DNA of 64,000 nt. It comes from Spirochaetales bacterium. GTDB taxonomy: Bacteria > Spirochaetota > GWE2-31-10 > MWDO01. The position numbers and the translations under genes are program-made. The stretch is taken from contig JAFYAI010000016.1 in NCBI GenBank assembly GCA_017540815.1, positions 666-64,665 of the forward strand, read 5' to 3'. Under the pieces are notes generated by a model. It saw only the letters and a list, made by a program, of their open reading frames with translations. It did not search any database and had not been told where the DNA came from. This document shows positions 39,692 to 49,803 of this stretch, piece by piece. Position 1 is the first letter of the stretch. Each line of letters begins with the position of its first letter.

Positions 39692-40411
39692 TTGCTTGCC
39701 TATCTCTCAAAAATACATTATAATATAACTATGAATGGTTACTACTATGAACAAAACAGATCGAAACTTGGTGCGACCGAGATTTTGATCATTATTAACT
39801 GCATATTATTCCTGCCGTGGTTTTTCCGCGGATTTCCGCTGTTTCGGGAATTATTCAGGTTTACACGGTATTATCTGTCTCTGAATATCGGATTCAGCGA
39901 TGTGCCTTGCTTTGACCGGTTGGCTTTGTGGCAGCCGGTGACAGCGATGTTTATGCACGGCAATGTGTCGCATCTGTTCTTCAATATGTATGCCTTGTAT
40001 ATATTTGGCAAGCCGTTGGAGGTACGATGGGGCACTGCACGATTTGCGTCATTCTATATGACTGTCGGCATCCTTGCGAATATCGCAGGCGGTCTGATAT
40101 TTATCCTGACCGGCAGACCGCTGTCTCTGATCGGAGCATCTGGAGCTGTCTACGGAGTATTGCTCGGATACGGAAGCCTCTATCCTGACTCACGGCTATT
40201 GCTGTTCTTCATTATCCCGATCAAAGTCAAATGGTGTGTCCTGCTCTATGCTGCCATCGAGCTTTTATCCGAGATCGGCAGTGTCTCAGACGGAGTGGCA
40301 CACAGCGTGCACTTGTTTGGATTTCTGTTTGCATTCTTATATATACTGATATTCATGCACCGTAATGCAATACACGATATGTTTTTTAAGGATGATGTAG
40401 AGATCTTATGA
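39692..40411 (+). CDS. Rhomboid-family intramembrane serine protease
   Basis: GASGAVYG (GxSG) and a downstream catalytic His in a TM helix. Six TM helices. Confidence 0.85.
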   Translation: MLAYLSKIHYNITMNGYYYEQNRSKLGATEILIIINCILFLPWFFRGFPLFRELFRFTRYYLSLNIGFSDVPCFDRLALWQPVTAMFMHGNVSHLFFNMYALYIFGKPLEVRWGTARFASFYMTVGILANIAGGLIFILTGRPLSLIGASGAVYGVLLGYGSLYPDSRLLLFFIIPIKVKWCVLLYAAIELLSEIGSVSDGVAHSVHLFGFLFAFLYILIFMHRNAIHDMFFKDDVEIL

Positions 40412-41172
40412 TAAATACCAATGTGCTTATATGTTGCTCTAACTCCGAAGACAGCAACATGCTGTCGGATGTATTCCTCAAACACGGCTTAGCAAGTACT
40501 GCTCTGGACTCGACCAAAGCAGTCAAGACGCTGTTCGAATCAGACGGCGTAGACCCGCATAGGTATTATTTCATCGTTATTGGGATGGACTTCGCAGGCG
40601 GGCAAAGCATGGACCTGCTTGAATACATCGACAATATCTACTACCCGCAGGGCAGTTCTGTACCGACAAATGACTCACTCAGACTGCCTATCATCATAGC
40701 GATGTCTGTATCTGCCGACGAAGAGCTTATCCGTATGATACGCAGCCATCATGTGACATCATTCCTTCGGCGGCCTTTGGAAGAGCGGCAGACAGCATAC
40801 AGAATTGCAGTGCTTATATACAAATATCGGGATCTGCTGCCGCCTAAGCAGGCAGTGTTTATAGAGCCGGACGAGCAGGAGCTGATGCGCGGCAACTACC
40901 GAATGAAGAATAACCGCCACGAATCCGTCAAGATTACTCAAGTCAGCATTGACGGGGTGCGAGTCCGCCATTACAGCCGCCCTGATGCAGACAAGTTCGA
41001 TCCGGCAGAATGTGATTTCATTGAGCATTTCATATTCGAGGCGGATGACAATATCATAGATACTGATGTTCGCATTCTCATCGAGCCGACAGGGTTATAT
41101 TTCGAGTTTACGCATTTCTACGGTGACAGTCACAGATATTTGCTGCATTATATCAAATCAAGAATGGAATAA
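40408..41172 (+). CDS. Protein with a CheY-like receiver-type N-domain and an uncharacterised C-domain
   Basis: YFIVIGMDFAGG … PIIIAMSVSADEE pattern resembles the receiver D/T/K layout. ATGA overlap with the rhomboid gene. Confidence 0.45.
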   Translation: MINTNVLICCSNSEDSNMLSDVFLKHGLASTALDSTKAVKTLFESDGVDPHRYYFIVIGMDFAGGQSMDLLEYIDNIYYPQGSSVPTNDSLRLPIIIAMSVSADEELIRMIRSHHVTSFLRRPLEERQTAYRIAVLIYKYRDLLPPKQAVFIEPDEQELMRGNYRMKNNRHESVKITQVSIDGVRVRHYSRPDADKFDPAECDFIEHFIFEADDNIIDTDVRILIEPTGLYFEFTHFYGDSHRYLLHYIKSRME

Positions 41173-41225
41173 ATAAACCGGAGAATATAGAGCATCACCG
41201 CCGCAGGCGGTGATGCTCTATATTC

Positions 41226-41888
41226 TTATCCGCCTTTTTTATCAATATTTGCCTTAACCTTCTCCAAATCAGCGGCGATAACTTTCACTCGGATCTTATC
41301 AAAAAACTCAAAAGCAAAACTGTAGAATGCGATCTTATGCTTAATCCCTTTCTGCCGCATTATCGATCTCATCTCGTCTTTAATCCGCTGCTCCTCATCA
41401 TACATCGATATTTTCTCTTCGTAGAATGTCACATCCGCCACTGCGTAGTCTATCGTATCGAGAGTGATATTGCTCGTAAGGATGCCGCCGTTATCATATA
41501 CCGTTTTGCGGACAGCCCGATAGTATATATCGAGATTGAGATACCCGATCCGAGTCAGTTCTGTCAGCAGTTCTCTGAATCTCTTTGCCGTCGCCTCATC
41601 AGCACAGCCGTCCACGATACTCGCCATCTTCGCCAGCTGATAATGCAGTTTGATCGGCATAGTCCTCACATTAGGATAGTCACGCTGCCACGCACGCACA
41701 CTGTCTATGAATGCCCTCTTGCCGAGTTTGAGTACCAGCCGCTCGGTAAATGACTTATCTTTATAGTTGTCATATTCTGAGATGAGCAGGTCGGCGATCT
41801 GACCGACGATCTGACCGTCTGTCACATTCTGTGCAAATGCTGTCAAAGGCAGAATAAAAATAATCAATACGAAAATCTTCTTTGTCAT
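41226..41888 (-). CDS. Hypothetical exported protein
   Basis: Signal peptide MTKKIFVLIIFILPLTAFAQ. Confidence 0.5.
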   Translation of the reverse strand: MTKKIFVLIIFILPLTAFAQNVTDGQIVGQIADLLISEYDNYKDKSFTERLVLKLGKRAFIDSVRAWQRDYPNVRTMPIKLHYQLAKMASIVDGCADEATAKRFRELLTELTRIGYLNLDIYYRAVRKTVYDNGGILTSNITLDTIDYAVADVTFYEEKISMYDEEQRIKDEMRSIMRQKGIKHKIAFYSFAFEFFDKIRVKVIAADLEKVKANIDKKGG

Positions 41889-41966
41889 AGCGGGATTATA
41901 GCAAAAGCGGTAAAAAAATCAAAGAATTTTTTATAATTTTTTGAAATAAAATCTAACCAAAAAACA

Positions 41967-41995
41967 TTGACAAAGCAAAAATTTTAAAATAAAAT
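41967..41995 (+). promoter_or_regulatory. Sigma70-type promoter TTGACA-N17-TAAAAT for the HD-GYP gene
   Basis: Direct reading: ttgaca aagcaaaaattttaaaa taaaat. Confidence 0.5.
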
Positions 41996-42021
41996 ACAGA
42001 CATTGATTTTAGTGAGGCATA

Positions 42022-43287
42022 ATGACCTATAATATAGAATTCCAAATTGCAGCTCTTGCATTCGCTATACTTATTACTGTCCATTTTTTCAGGAACCGAC
42101 GAGAATGGACAACAGACAGTAAGATTTTTGCAAATCTCGCAATATTCACCATATTTCTCACAATCGATGATATAATCTGTCCGATTCTGCTTGTAACGCC
42201 TGAGATAGATGTCGGTTGGAAACTTTTTTCAGGCAGACTGTATCTTATCCTGATGATCCAATGTATGACATCCCTTGTGCAATACACAATATGCGTTTCG
42301 TTGAATCAAGAAACTATTAGGGAAAAACTTTTCATTATAATTCGGATTGGTGCAGTTGTAATCGCCTTATTTACATTGTTCCTGCCGCTTCATTACGAAG
42401 GCGGAGAGGGAGCTCACATCTATGGCTATGCTCAGGATCTGCTATACATTATCGGCGGGCTGGTTGTATTCTTTGTCCTGATATTTGCAATCCTAAACAG
42501 AAAGAAAATCCCCAAAAATAAGATTATGCCTCTATATGCTTATGTAGTGATTGAGGGGCTTACCGCTCTTATCGAAAATCAGAATAAGGGGATCCTCCTT
42601 ACGAGCATTTCATTGGTTTTTGTATTGTTTCTGATCTACTTTACGCTGCAAGATCCAAAGATCAAAATGATAGAAGATCGTGACCGCAAACTTATGCAGA
42701 CAATTAATGAAATGCTCTTCACGCTTGCCCGTTCAGTGGATGCCAAAGATCACTATACGGCAGGTCATTCACTGCGTGTTGCAGAATACGCAAAACTTAT
42801 TGCCAAGAAACTGTCTTACTCACCGGAAAAGCAGATGATGATTTATCAGGCAGGACTTCTCCACGATGTAGGCAAAATCGGCATACCTGATGCAGTTCTG
42901 AATAAAAAAGACAGGCTAACTTATGAAGAGTATCTTCAGATAAAGAACCACACAACAATCGGTGCTGACATTCTCAAGAATACTGAAAGTTTCCCTGAAG
43001 CAGAGAATGTCGCTCATTATCATCACGAGAGATTTGACGGCAACGGCTACCCCGAAATGCTCAAAGGTTACGAGATCCCGGAGTCTGCCAGGATTACAGC
43101 AATCGCAGATACATTCGATGCTATGACATTGAAAAGAGTCTATCGTGAAAATATATATACCAAAGAAGAAGCTGCAGCTGAGATCAAAAGATGCAGCGGC
43201 AGCCAATTTGATCCGCAGATCGCACAAGTCTTTATCGATGCCATTCTTGCCGGCGAAGTTGATGAGATTATGAAGAAGTATGTGTGA
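42022..43287 (+). CDS. HD-GYP domain c-di-GMP phosphodiesterase with an N-terminal polytopic membrane sensor
   Basis: HD (LLHDVGK) and HHERFDGNGYP motifs. About 7 TM helices at the N-terminus. Confidence 0.85.
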   Translation: MTYNIEFQIAALAFAILITVHFFRNRREWTTDSKIFANLAIFTIFLTIDDIICPILLVTPEIDVGWKLFSGRLYLILMIQCMTSLVQYTICVSLNQETIREKLFIIIRIGAVVIALFTLFLPLHYEGGEGAHIYGYAQDLLYIIGGLVVFFVLIFAILNRKKIPKNKIMPLYAYVVIEGLTALIENQNKGILLTSISLVFVLFLIYFTLQDPKIKMIEDRDRKLMQTINEMLFTLARSVDAKDHYTAGHSLRVAEYAKLIAKKLSYSPEKQMMIYQAGLLHDVGKIGIPDAVLNKKDRLTYEEYLQIKNHTTIGADILKNTESFPEAENVAHYHHERFDGNGYPEMLKGYEIPESARITAIADTFDAMTLKRVYRENIYTKEEAAAEIKRCSGSQFDPQIAQVFIDAILAGEVDEIMKKYV

Positions 43288-43292
43288 TGTGT

Positions 43293-43333
43293 AAAAACTC
43301 CGAAAAAATCAAAGATTTTTTCGGAGTTTTTTG
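43293..43333. terminator. Bidirectional terminator hairpin. Member of the conserved-core hairpin family.
   Basis: aaaaactccgaaaaaatcAAAgattttttcggagttttttg. Confidence 0.7.
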
Positions 43334-43356
43334 AAGAATAAGTCTTATTCTTTCAC

Positions 43357-43575
43357 CTAATTACTCATCAAATGTAAATATGGGGATGTTGGCGGTAATT
43401 TTACATTTCCATTCTTGATAAGAGATGCTATAAAATCTGATGTCTCAGCCTGTGTTTCTGCTATTATTTCAGAAGCTGTCATCTGTATATGCCGCAAAGA
43501 ATTATACTCTCTTAATTTCTGAATATCCTCTACATCAAATCTTTCAGATAATATCGGTTTCGGTGGTTCTATCAT
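43357..43575 (-). CDS. Small hypothetical protein, 72 aa, possible partner of the PIN gene
   Basis: Abuts the PIN gene with a 1-nt gap. No recognisable motif. Confidence 0.35.
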   Translation of the reverse strand: MIEPPKPILSERFDVEDIQKLREYNSLRHIQMTASEIIAETQAETSDFIASLIKNGNVKLPPTSPYLHLMSN

Positions 43576-43576
43576 T

Positions 43577-44068
43577 CTAATCCTCCTCTTCCTGCAATGC
43601 TGATGGCGGATAAATTAATATATCTTTATAACCATCCATCGTAGTCAGGATTTTTATTCCTTTTATTGTTTTTACATTCACTATATGTTTAAAGTTCCAA
43701 GAAACTATAAAATCACAATTACTGACTATTGCCGCAGCAATATGCTGACAATCATCAAAACTTTTCTTTTTCAAAATACCAAAATCAATTATATGTTCTG
43801 CAAAAGCTACCATTTCATCTGTCACATTCACAAGAGTATATGGTATCTCAGATAAATGCTGCTGCAAAAGTTGTTTCTTATTTTCATCAGAACATTTCAA
43901 AATCTCCCTAAAAACTACATCCGAGATATAAATATCATAATGCCCTGATTTAAATGATTTCCATATTTCACGAGTTATATCCCTCTGCTCAGGAGCATCG
44001 TTCTGTTCCAAATAACTTATTACTGATGTATCAAGATAAACTTTTATTTTGCTTACAATTTCAGACAT
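43577..44068 (-). CDS. PIN-domain (VapC-like) protein
   Basis: VYLDTSVISYL (Asp in beta1), DCQHIAAAI…CDFIVSWNFKHI acidic residues in PIN layout. Confidence 0.6.
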   Translation of the reverse strand: MSEIVSKIKVYLDTSVISYLEQNDAPEQRDITREIWKSFKSGHYDIYISDVVFREILKCSDENKKQLLQQHLSEIPYTLVNVTDEMVAFAEHIIDFGILKKKSFDDCQHIAAAIVSNCDFIVSWNFKHIVNVKTIKGIKILTTMDGYKDILIYPPSALQEEED

Positions 44069-44081
44069 AAGAAACTCCTCA

Positions 44082-44133
44082 TTATAATTATAACAAAAAA
44101 TCCGAAAAAATCAATGATTTTTTCGGATTTTTT
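44082..44133. terminator. Terminator hairpin of the same family, with the conserved 5' flank ttataattataacaaaaaa
   Basis: aaaaaatccgaaaaaatcAATgattttttcggattttttg. Confidence 0.7.
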
Positions 44134-44172
44134 GAAACCTGTCAATCTTAGCTGTATTCCTTGTCTTTACCG

Positions 44173-46809
44173 TTAATGGTTGTTGTGCTCCTCTGCGACT
44201 TGACCAGGAGTTTTACCATCTCGTGCACCCTGTTCTATCTCTTTAATAGAAGGTTTAGTAAAATTCACATCACCATCAACATATTCATTCACAGCTGGAT
44301 TTGCAGGATAGCCATCTGCACTATACAGTATCCATAAAGCCATGCCAGCTGGCGCTCTTGATACTTCATCAGCAGACAAGTCACGTAAATCATATCCATA
44401 TGCGACAGCATCAAGACAAGCCCTATGTCCATCCTTCACAGCTTCTTTTCTTACAATAACAACAGGAAGGCCGTTTCCTTCTGGTAAATTTTGAGGAGCA
44501 GGACCTGCGATGTCGAGTACACCTACAGCATGAGTACCAATATAGCCATAACCAGTGGTATACATATCCACAAACTTAACATCAGAAAGATCTATCTCAT
44601 ACCGTATATTGAAAGCAGGCAAAAACACGCCAAATGACTCTTTATCTTGAATGGCTTGGCCGAGTTCATTAGACCAAAAATCATTAGGATTAGAATGCAT
44701 CGATAATTCATACTCTACAATTCTATCGATCTGAGACTGTTGCACTTTATCAAAATCAATCTTTGTACCATCATCTACAACACACCAGTTGCGTATATTT
44801 TCACAGCGATCATCTGAATGAGCGGCATACCAGGCAAGCAAGCCGGCAGGAAGTTTTGGACAGTCGGGATTCACTTCGTTGCCGTTGCCGGTATATATCG
44901 ATGGATAATCAGGAGTTCGGTAGCCATCGACATAATATCTTCCAAATACATCAATCTTCGATAAAGCACCAAGCTGATGATACTTTTCGATAATCTTGCC
45001 TATCAAAGAACAGTTTATAACCCAATTTATACCACTACCGCTATATGATTCTTTACCTCTATATGATCCCTGTTTGAACTCATCATCATTTATTCCAAAC
45101 ATCTCAACACCCCATAAGCCTGTTATATCAATCACAGGCAGCTGATCAGCAAAAGTAATAGAATCTATATCTAAGCCTAATAATTTCACAGCATAATCAA
45201 CATCAAGATTAGATACCGCTCCATCTCCACCATTATAACAATAATCATAGCCTACAAGTTTGAGTTTATTCCAGTCATCCACTCTCAGCGATGCACCTTC
45301 TTCCAACCAGAAGAGTCCTTTAAAATCAGAATGCCAGCGATAAACAAGATCTTGATAAATCGGTTCATATTCATCTGTCGTTCCTGCAATAACACTAAAT
45401 TCCGAATATTCCATCCACTGACTGTGAATATTTATCTCACCGGACAAACTCAATGTTCTGCCGCTCTCAACCTGAATTGAGTAAGCATACATATCACCAT
45501 GAAACATAGTCATACTATCAGATACCTGTAAACCTGATGCTAATACAAAATTAATACCCGGAATATATTCCAAGATTACCATATCATCCCGAATTCCATA
45601 TACTTTTTCACTTTCATAATCATAAAGAACCATATTAGTATAATCCCTCATAGAATTTAAAAAATCTAATGGACGAAGATGATGATACTCTCCTTTACAT
45701 TCATCAATCTCATAAAATCCATGCTGTCTTGTATAATCAATAAAAAAATCTATTATGATTTCCTGCTGATTCTTTCGTGTCCAAGCTGTATGACCAGAAG
45801 CACTATCCCCCATAGATAAGTCAGTCGGTTCATCCGGCACATCCAAGTGATAAACGACAGATTTCGGTATATCATCATATATCACACGCCCTGCACCTGC
45901 TTCAATCACTGCTTTTTTCAAAGCATAATAATCCATAATATCAAGGTCTGTTACACTATCAGCAACTCGTATTCGCACAAGATTATCTTTAACCAACTCT
46001 GCTGAAAATGTCGTTCCCTTACCTGTGTAAGTGATAATATAAGCATCATCAGGCGAGATAACTTTAATCGGCAGAGTGATATATACCCATTTCTCAGGAT
46101 AACTTTCAAATTTATATTTGATATAAACATTTTGTGTTCCCAACTTCGTCATATCAGGATCATCATATTCCAAAAATCCGGGATATTTTTGTTGAGATAC
46201 AGTTCCTTTCCAAGTAAAGCTATTTCCTTCCATTACATAATCGCTGCTTCTGTCACAGATGTCATAGACAAGCCATAACAGCGAAAACTCCTCTCCCGGC
46301 AAATATATCGATGAGAAAAACGGAGCATCCTCATGGATTCTGCCATAATATTGAGGTAAGTTGATGCTTATAGGCAGAGTTACAGAATACGGCTTATTCT
46401 GATATTGAAATGTCAGCACAACATTCTGAGTTCCTTTTTCAGCCATATTCGGTGCTGTATAGTCAAATGTTGTATCAGTATGCGACAACTCCTGCATAGT
46501 GTAGCCTGCATCATCATATATCGTAACACACAGTCCATCAAGGCTGAATGTCTCATTCTCGATATATTCCGTCTTAGGAAATGCAGTAATTACAGCAGTA
46601 AATTTTGATTCATCTATATCAGATTGAGAATTGCTTCCGCTATTGCTGTCGCTGCTGCTACTGCTGCTGTCATCACTGTTATTGCCGGAACTATTGCTGC
46701 CACCGCTTATTGTCGTTTCATTATTAGTGCTCCGCTCGATTCCATTAGGACAGCCGCACAGCACCGCCGCTATCACAGCTGCCGCAAAAATTAAATAAAA
46801 TTTTTTCAT
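44173..46809 (-). CDS. Large surface lipoprotein, 878 aa, with a Ser/Asn-rich linker. Function unknown.
   Basis: Lipobox-like LCGCP after a signal peptide. Low-complexity SGGSNSSGNNSDDSSSSSSDSNSGSNS segment. Confidence 0.6.
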   Translation of the reverse strand: MKKFYLIFAAAVIAAVLCGCPNGIERSTNNETTISGGSNSSGNNSDDSSSSSSDSNSGSNSQSDIDESKFTAVITAFPKTEYIENETFSLDGLCVTIYDDAGYTMQELSHTDTTFDYTAPNMAEKGTQNVVLTFQYQNKPYSVTLPISINLPQYYGRIHEDAPFFSSIYLPGEEFSLLWLVYDICDRSSDYVMEGNSFTWKGTVSQQKYPGFLEYDDPDMTKLGTQNVYIKYKFESYPEKWVYITLPIKVISPDDAYIITYTGKGTTFSAELVKDNLVRIRVADSVTDLDIMDYYALKKAVIEAGAGRVIYDDIPKSVVYHLDVPDEPTDLSMGDSASGHTAWTRKNQQEIIIDFFIDYTRQHGFYEIDECKGEYHHLRPLDFLNSMRDYTNMVLYDYESEKVYGIRDDMVILEYIPGINFVLASGLQVSDSMTMFHGDMYAYSIQVESGRTLSLSGEINIHSQWMEYSEFSVIAGTTDEYEPIYQDLVYRWHSDFKGLFWLEEGASLRVDDWNKLKLVGYDYCYNGGDGAVSNLDVDYAVKLLGLDIDSITFADQLPVIDITGLWGVEMFGINDDEFKQGSYRGKESYSGSGINWVINCSLIGKIIEKYHQLGALSKIDVFGRYYVDGYRTPDYPSIYTGNGNEVNPDCPKLPAGLLAWYAAHSDDRCENIRNWCVVDDGTKIDFDKVQQSQIDRIVEYELSMHSNPNDFWSNELGQAIQDKESFGVFLPAFNIRYEIDLSDVKFVDMYTTGYGYIGTHAVGVLDIAGPAPQNLPEGNGLPVVIVRKEAVKDGHRACLDAVAYGYDLRDLSADEVSRAPAGMALWILYSADGYPANPAVNEYVDGDVNFTKPSIKEIEQGARDGKTPGQVAEEHNNH

Positions 46810-46835
46810 TACATCCTCCTATGAAAATACAATCT

Positions 46836-46928
46836 CTCCTAATCTTATTTGCTTAGAAGAGGAATCATTTATGTTGTTCTGTCAAGAACAACATAAATGG
46901 AGTATACTCCATTTAAAAATTTTTTGAT
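46836..46928 (-). repeat. Conserved leader element copy 2 upstream of the 878-aa lipoprotein gene
   Basis: tttgcttagaagaggaatcatttatgttgttcTGTCAAgaacaacataaatggagtatactccattt. Differences from copy 1 are compensatory within both palindromes. Confidence 0.8.
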
Positions 46929-47776
46929 TTTTGGGCGTGATTCATCACGCCCGTACATACAAAAAACTCTCACATCATTTAAGTGATATTGTACGTACGG
47001 GTTCGATTTATCGAACCCAAACAATATATATTTGTTTGATTAGAAATAGAATTAAAAGAAAAAACAACTTGTTCTCATTCGAGACCTCCACAACTGATTT
47101 TAGCTATAAAAAACCCCGCATCAACAAATGTTCACTCAGGCAGCAGAATACTCAGTTGTGGAGAAATACTCATCAGCCTCATTTATAGATGCGAGAGTTT
47201 TCCAAAGAATTCCCCACATATAATGAGACCACATCTGAATATTCGCAACATTGACCGGCAAGGAGTGAATCTCACCTGTCAATGAATTTTTATAACATAA
47301 CAAAATAATATGTCATAATTTTGAATTTGTCAAGCGAAAAAAATTCCATTTGCATTTATTCCATTGGAAGACAAAGTTTTCGCTCTCAATCAACCTGCGA
47401 TGATTGTTGTTGCAGATCCACCTGTCTCATCATCGGAACATACTTCATACAGCGGCATTTCTGCAGAATGCAGCAACCCAAATCAAAATCACATCGAGAC
47501 CGCCAAATCGCTTTTCGGCATTCTATCAAACGATATGACATTAGAAGAAGCTAAGGCAGAGAGATTATACCAAATCTAAAGTACCGGTGCTAAATCCTGC
47601 TGATTTTTTGGAATTACTAAAAGCAAATATTACAAAATAATAAAAAATTACAATTTTTTAATTGAAAATTTTCCAAAATATGTTATTATAATAGTGAAGG
47701 AATAGATTCCTCGACTTCGCTCGGAATGACATATTTTAGTCATTCAAGATAGCACGAGTAAAAAGGACAATAAAAA

Positions 47777-48211
47777 ATGACAGTAAATACAAAGGCTTTC
47801 GGACCGACTGAGGTTTCCGAACAGCAAAGATTGACCTGCGATGACGGGCTTTTGGGGTTCAATGACATACATTCGTTTTATCTGATCGATTATCCCGATC
47901 CGAATACGCCATTCTATCTGCTGCAGTCAGATGAGCATACGGAGATCGCTTTTGTGCTGATCGATCCGACTCTGATAATGCCGGATTATCAGCTGAGCGT
48001 CTCGGACAAAGATCTGCGTCAGATCGGAGTGGAGAATCCATCCGATGTGCTGTATTTCTCAATCGTCACAATATATGACAATCCGCAGGACAGCACAGTC
48101 AATCTGCTCGGTCCGATTGTGATAAACAAGAAAAACCACAAGGCAAAGCAGATGATCAGTCAGAATGACGACTACTCCGTGCGTTATCCGCTGTTCAAAG
48201 GGGGCAACTGA
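47777..48211 (+). CDS. fliW: Flagellar assembly factor FliW
   Basis: [19 protein letters not shown] and the FYLLQS region match FliW. Confidence 0.85.
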   Translation: MTVNTKAFGPTEVSEQQRLTCDDGLLGFNDIHSFYLIDYPDPNTPFYLLQSDEHTEIAFVLIDPTLIMPDYQLSVSDKDLRQIGVENPSDVLYFSIVTIYDNPQDSTVNLLGPIVINKKNHKAKQMISQNDDYSVRYPLFKGGN

Positions 48212-48438
48212 TGTTAATCCTCGCCCGTAAAGAAGAGCAGTCCATAATGATCGGAGACAGTATTGAAGTCTCGATACTCAGCATTAAAGGCGACCATGTA
48301 AAGATCGGCATTAATGCACCTGGAGATGTCAAAGTCTACCGCAAAGAGGTTTTTGAGGAGATCCAATCTGCCAATATCGAAGCCGCTAAAACTGACGCAA
48401 GCAAGATCGCACAATTAGGCAATTTATTTAAGAAATAA
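48211..48438 (+). CDS. csrA: Carbon storage regulator CsrA
   Basis: [37 protein letters not shown]. Overlapping stop/start with fliW. Confidence 0.93.
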   Translation: MLILARKEEQSIMIGDSIEVSILSIKGDHVKIGINAPGDVKVYRKEVFEEIQSANIEAAKTDASKIAQLGNLFKK

Positions 48439-48468
48439 CAAAAGGCTGTCCGCAGGACAGCCTTTTGT
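48436..48468 (+). terminator. Terminator after csrA
   Basis: aacaaaaggctgtccgcaggacagccttttgtt. Confidence 0.7.
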
Positions 48469-48496
48469 TATTTCTTATTTATTTTTTATTTATTTC

Positions 48497-48976
48497 TTAT
48501 TTACTTCTGTAATATTTCTTCGTATTCTTATCTATCAGTCTCACATTCTCGGTTTCTTCTGTCGGCTGTAAGCCGTTATTGTCGAAGTGAATATCGGGAT
48601 ACATATCTCTAAGGGCATACATAATGTTAATCAGATCACTGAGGTCGTATATCTCCATATACTTGATATATATCTTATTATCTTTATCGGCAGCGATCTC
48701 GGAGATCTCTTTCGGAACATTAGTCAGAGTAACTGTATCGAATATCCTAAGAATACTCGGACGCAGACCTGTGTACCATGCTCCGCCGATCATGAGCGGT
48801 GTAAGCCGCTTATACTTATTCATCACGAATATCACATACACGCCCGTCATCTCTGTGAAAGTCTTGATCACATCAAACTTAGACTCGCAGTAGAAATACG
48901 GCGGCCACTGCAGATTATACAATATCAGACCATCTCGGCGAACCTTCTTCTCATAGCCAACATCACCTGTTCTCAT
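48497..48976 (-). CDS. Hypothetical protein
   Basis: ORF only. No recognisable motif. Confidence 0.4.
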   Translation of the reverse strand: MRTGDVGYEKKVRRDGLILYNLQWPPYFYCESKFDVIKTFTEMTGVYVIFVMNKYKRLTPLMIGGAWYTGLRPSILRIFDTVTLTNVPKEISEIAADKDNKIYIKYMEIYDLSDLINIMYALRDMYPDIHFDNNGLQPTEETENVRLIDKNTKKYYRSK

Positions 48977-48988
48977 AGCAGCTCCTGA

Positions 48989-49801
48989 TTATCTCTTACC
49001 TAACTCGGCAGATCGGTCAGCGGCATCTTTGACCGCTTCCATTAGTGCATTGCGCACACCGTGACGCTCCATCGCTGCCAACCCTGCGATCGTTGTGCCG
49101 CCGGGTGAAGTCACGGCATGACGGAGATCCTCGATCGCTTTGTCAGGATTCTGCTCTATCATCGCAACTGTGCCTTTGACAGTCTGGACTGCCAACTGCT
49201 GTGCAATCGGCTTCGGCAGCCCTGCCCACACACCACCGGATGTGAGAGCTTCTATAATCAGATAAATATACGCCGGACCTGAGCCTGATAATCCGGTGAC
49301 AGCATCCAGATATGACTCTGCCATAACCGCTGTCTTGCCGATACTGCCGAATATCTCAACTGCTTTAGCCATTCTGCTATCATCTATACCGTCAGAACCG
49401 CACAACACACTCATCGACTCCCCAACCAATGCAGGAGTATTGGGCATTACACGGACGGTCGGTATATTGCCGAATGATTCCCTGATACGGCCAATGCCAA
49501 CACCTGCCATTATCGTGATGATCGTCGTCTTATCGGCATGGAGCTGCTCACGGATGGATGCCCCATTCTGTGCTGCAAATGATGCGAACACCTGCGGCTT
49601 CAACGCAAACAGGATAAAGTCATACTCTCCGATGTGCGACAGATCGGATACGGCACCGACACCAAACCGGCTAACCACATTCTGACGAGTCGCCTCACTA
49701 ATCTCATAAATATCAATATCCGACTTGGCGAACACCTTACCGCATATACCGCCGATAATCGCCTGCCCCATATTGCCTGCACCGATAAATAAAATCTTCA
49801 T
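48989..49801 (-). CDS. proC: Pyrroline-5-carboxylate reductase
   Basis: MKILFIGAGNMGQAI Rossmann start and a ProC C-terminal dimerisation region. Confidence 0.9.
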   Translation of the reverse strand: MKILFIGAGNMGQAIIGGICGKVFAKSDIDIYEISEATRQNVVSRFGVGAVSDLSHIGEYDFILFALKPQVFASFAAQNGASIREQLHADKTTIITIMAGVGIGRIRESFGNIPTVRVMPNTPALVGESMSVLCGSDGIDDSRMAKAVEIFGSIGKTAVMAESYLDAVTGLSGSGPAYIYLIIEALTSGGVWAGLPKPIAQQLAVQTVKGTVAMIEQNPDKAIEDLRHAVTSPGGTTIAGLAAMERHGVRNALMEAVKDAADRSAELGKR

Positions 49802-49803
49802 AT

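Noticed and set aside
43577-44068. Calling a canonical VapBC pair
   Set aside because: The PIN gene precedes the small ORF, and the 72-aa partner has no recognisable antitoxin or DNA-binding motif. Kept only as a PIN-domain pair.
47000-47025. GGTTCGATT motif resembling a tRNA T-arm
   Set aside because: It forms an 8-bp stem with a 4-nt loop, not a 5-bp stem with a 7-nt T-loop. No acceptor or anticodon arms are nearby. Not a tRNA.
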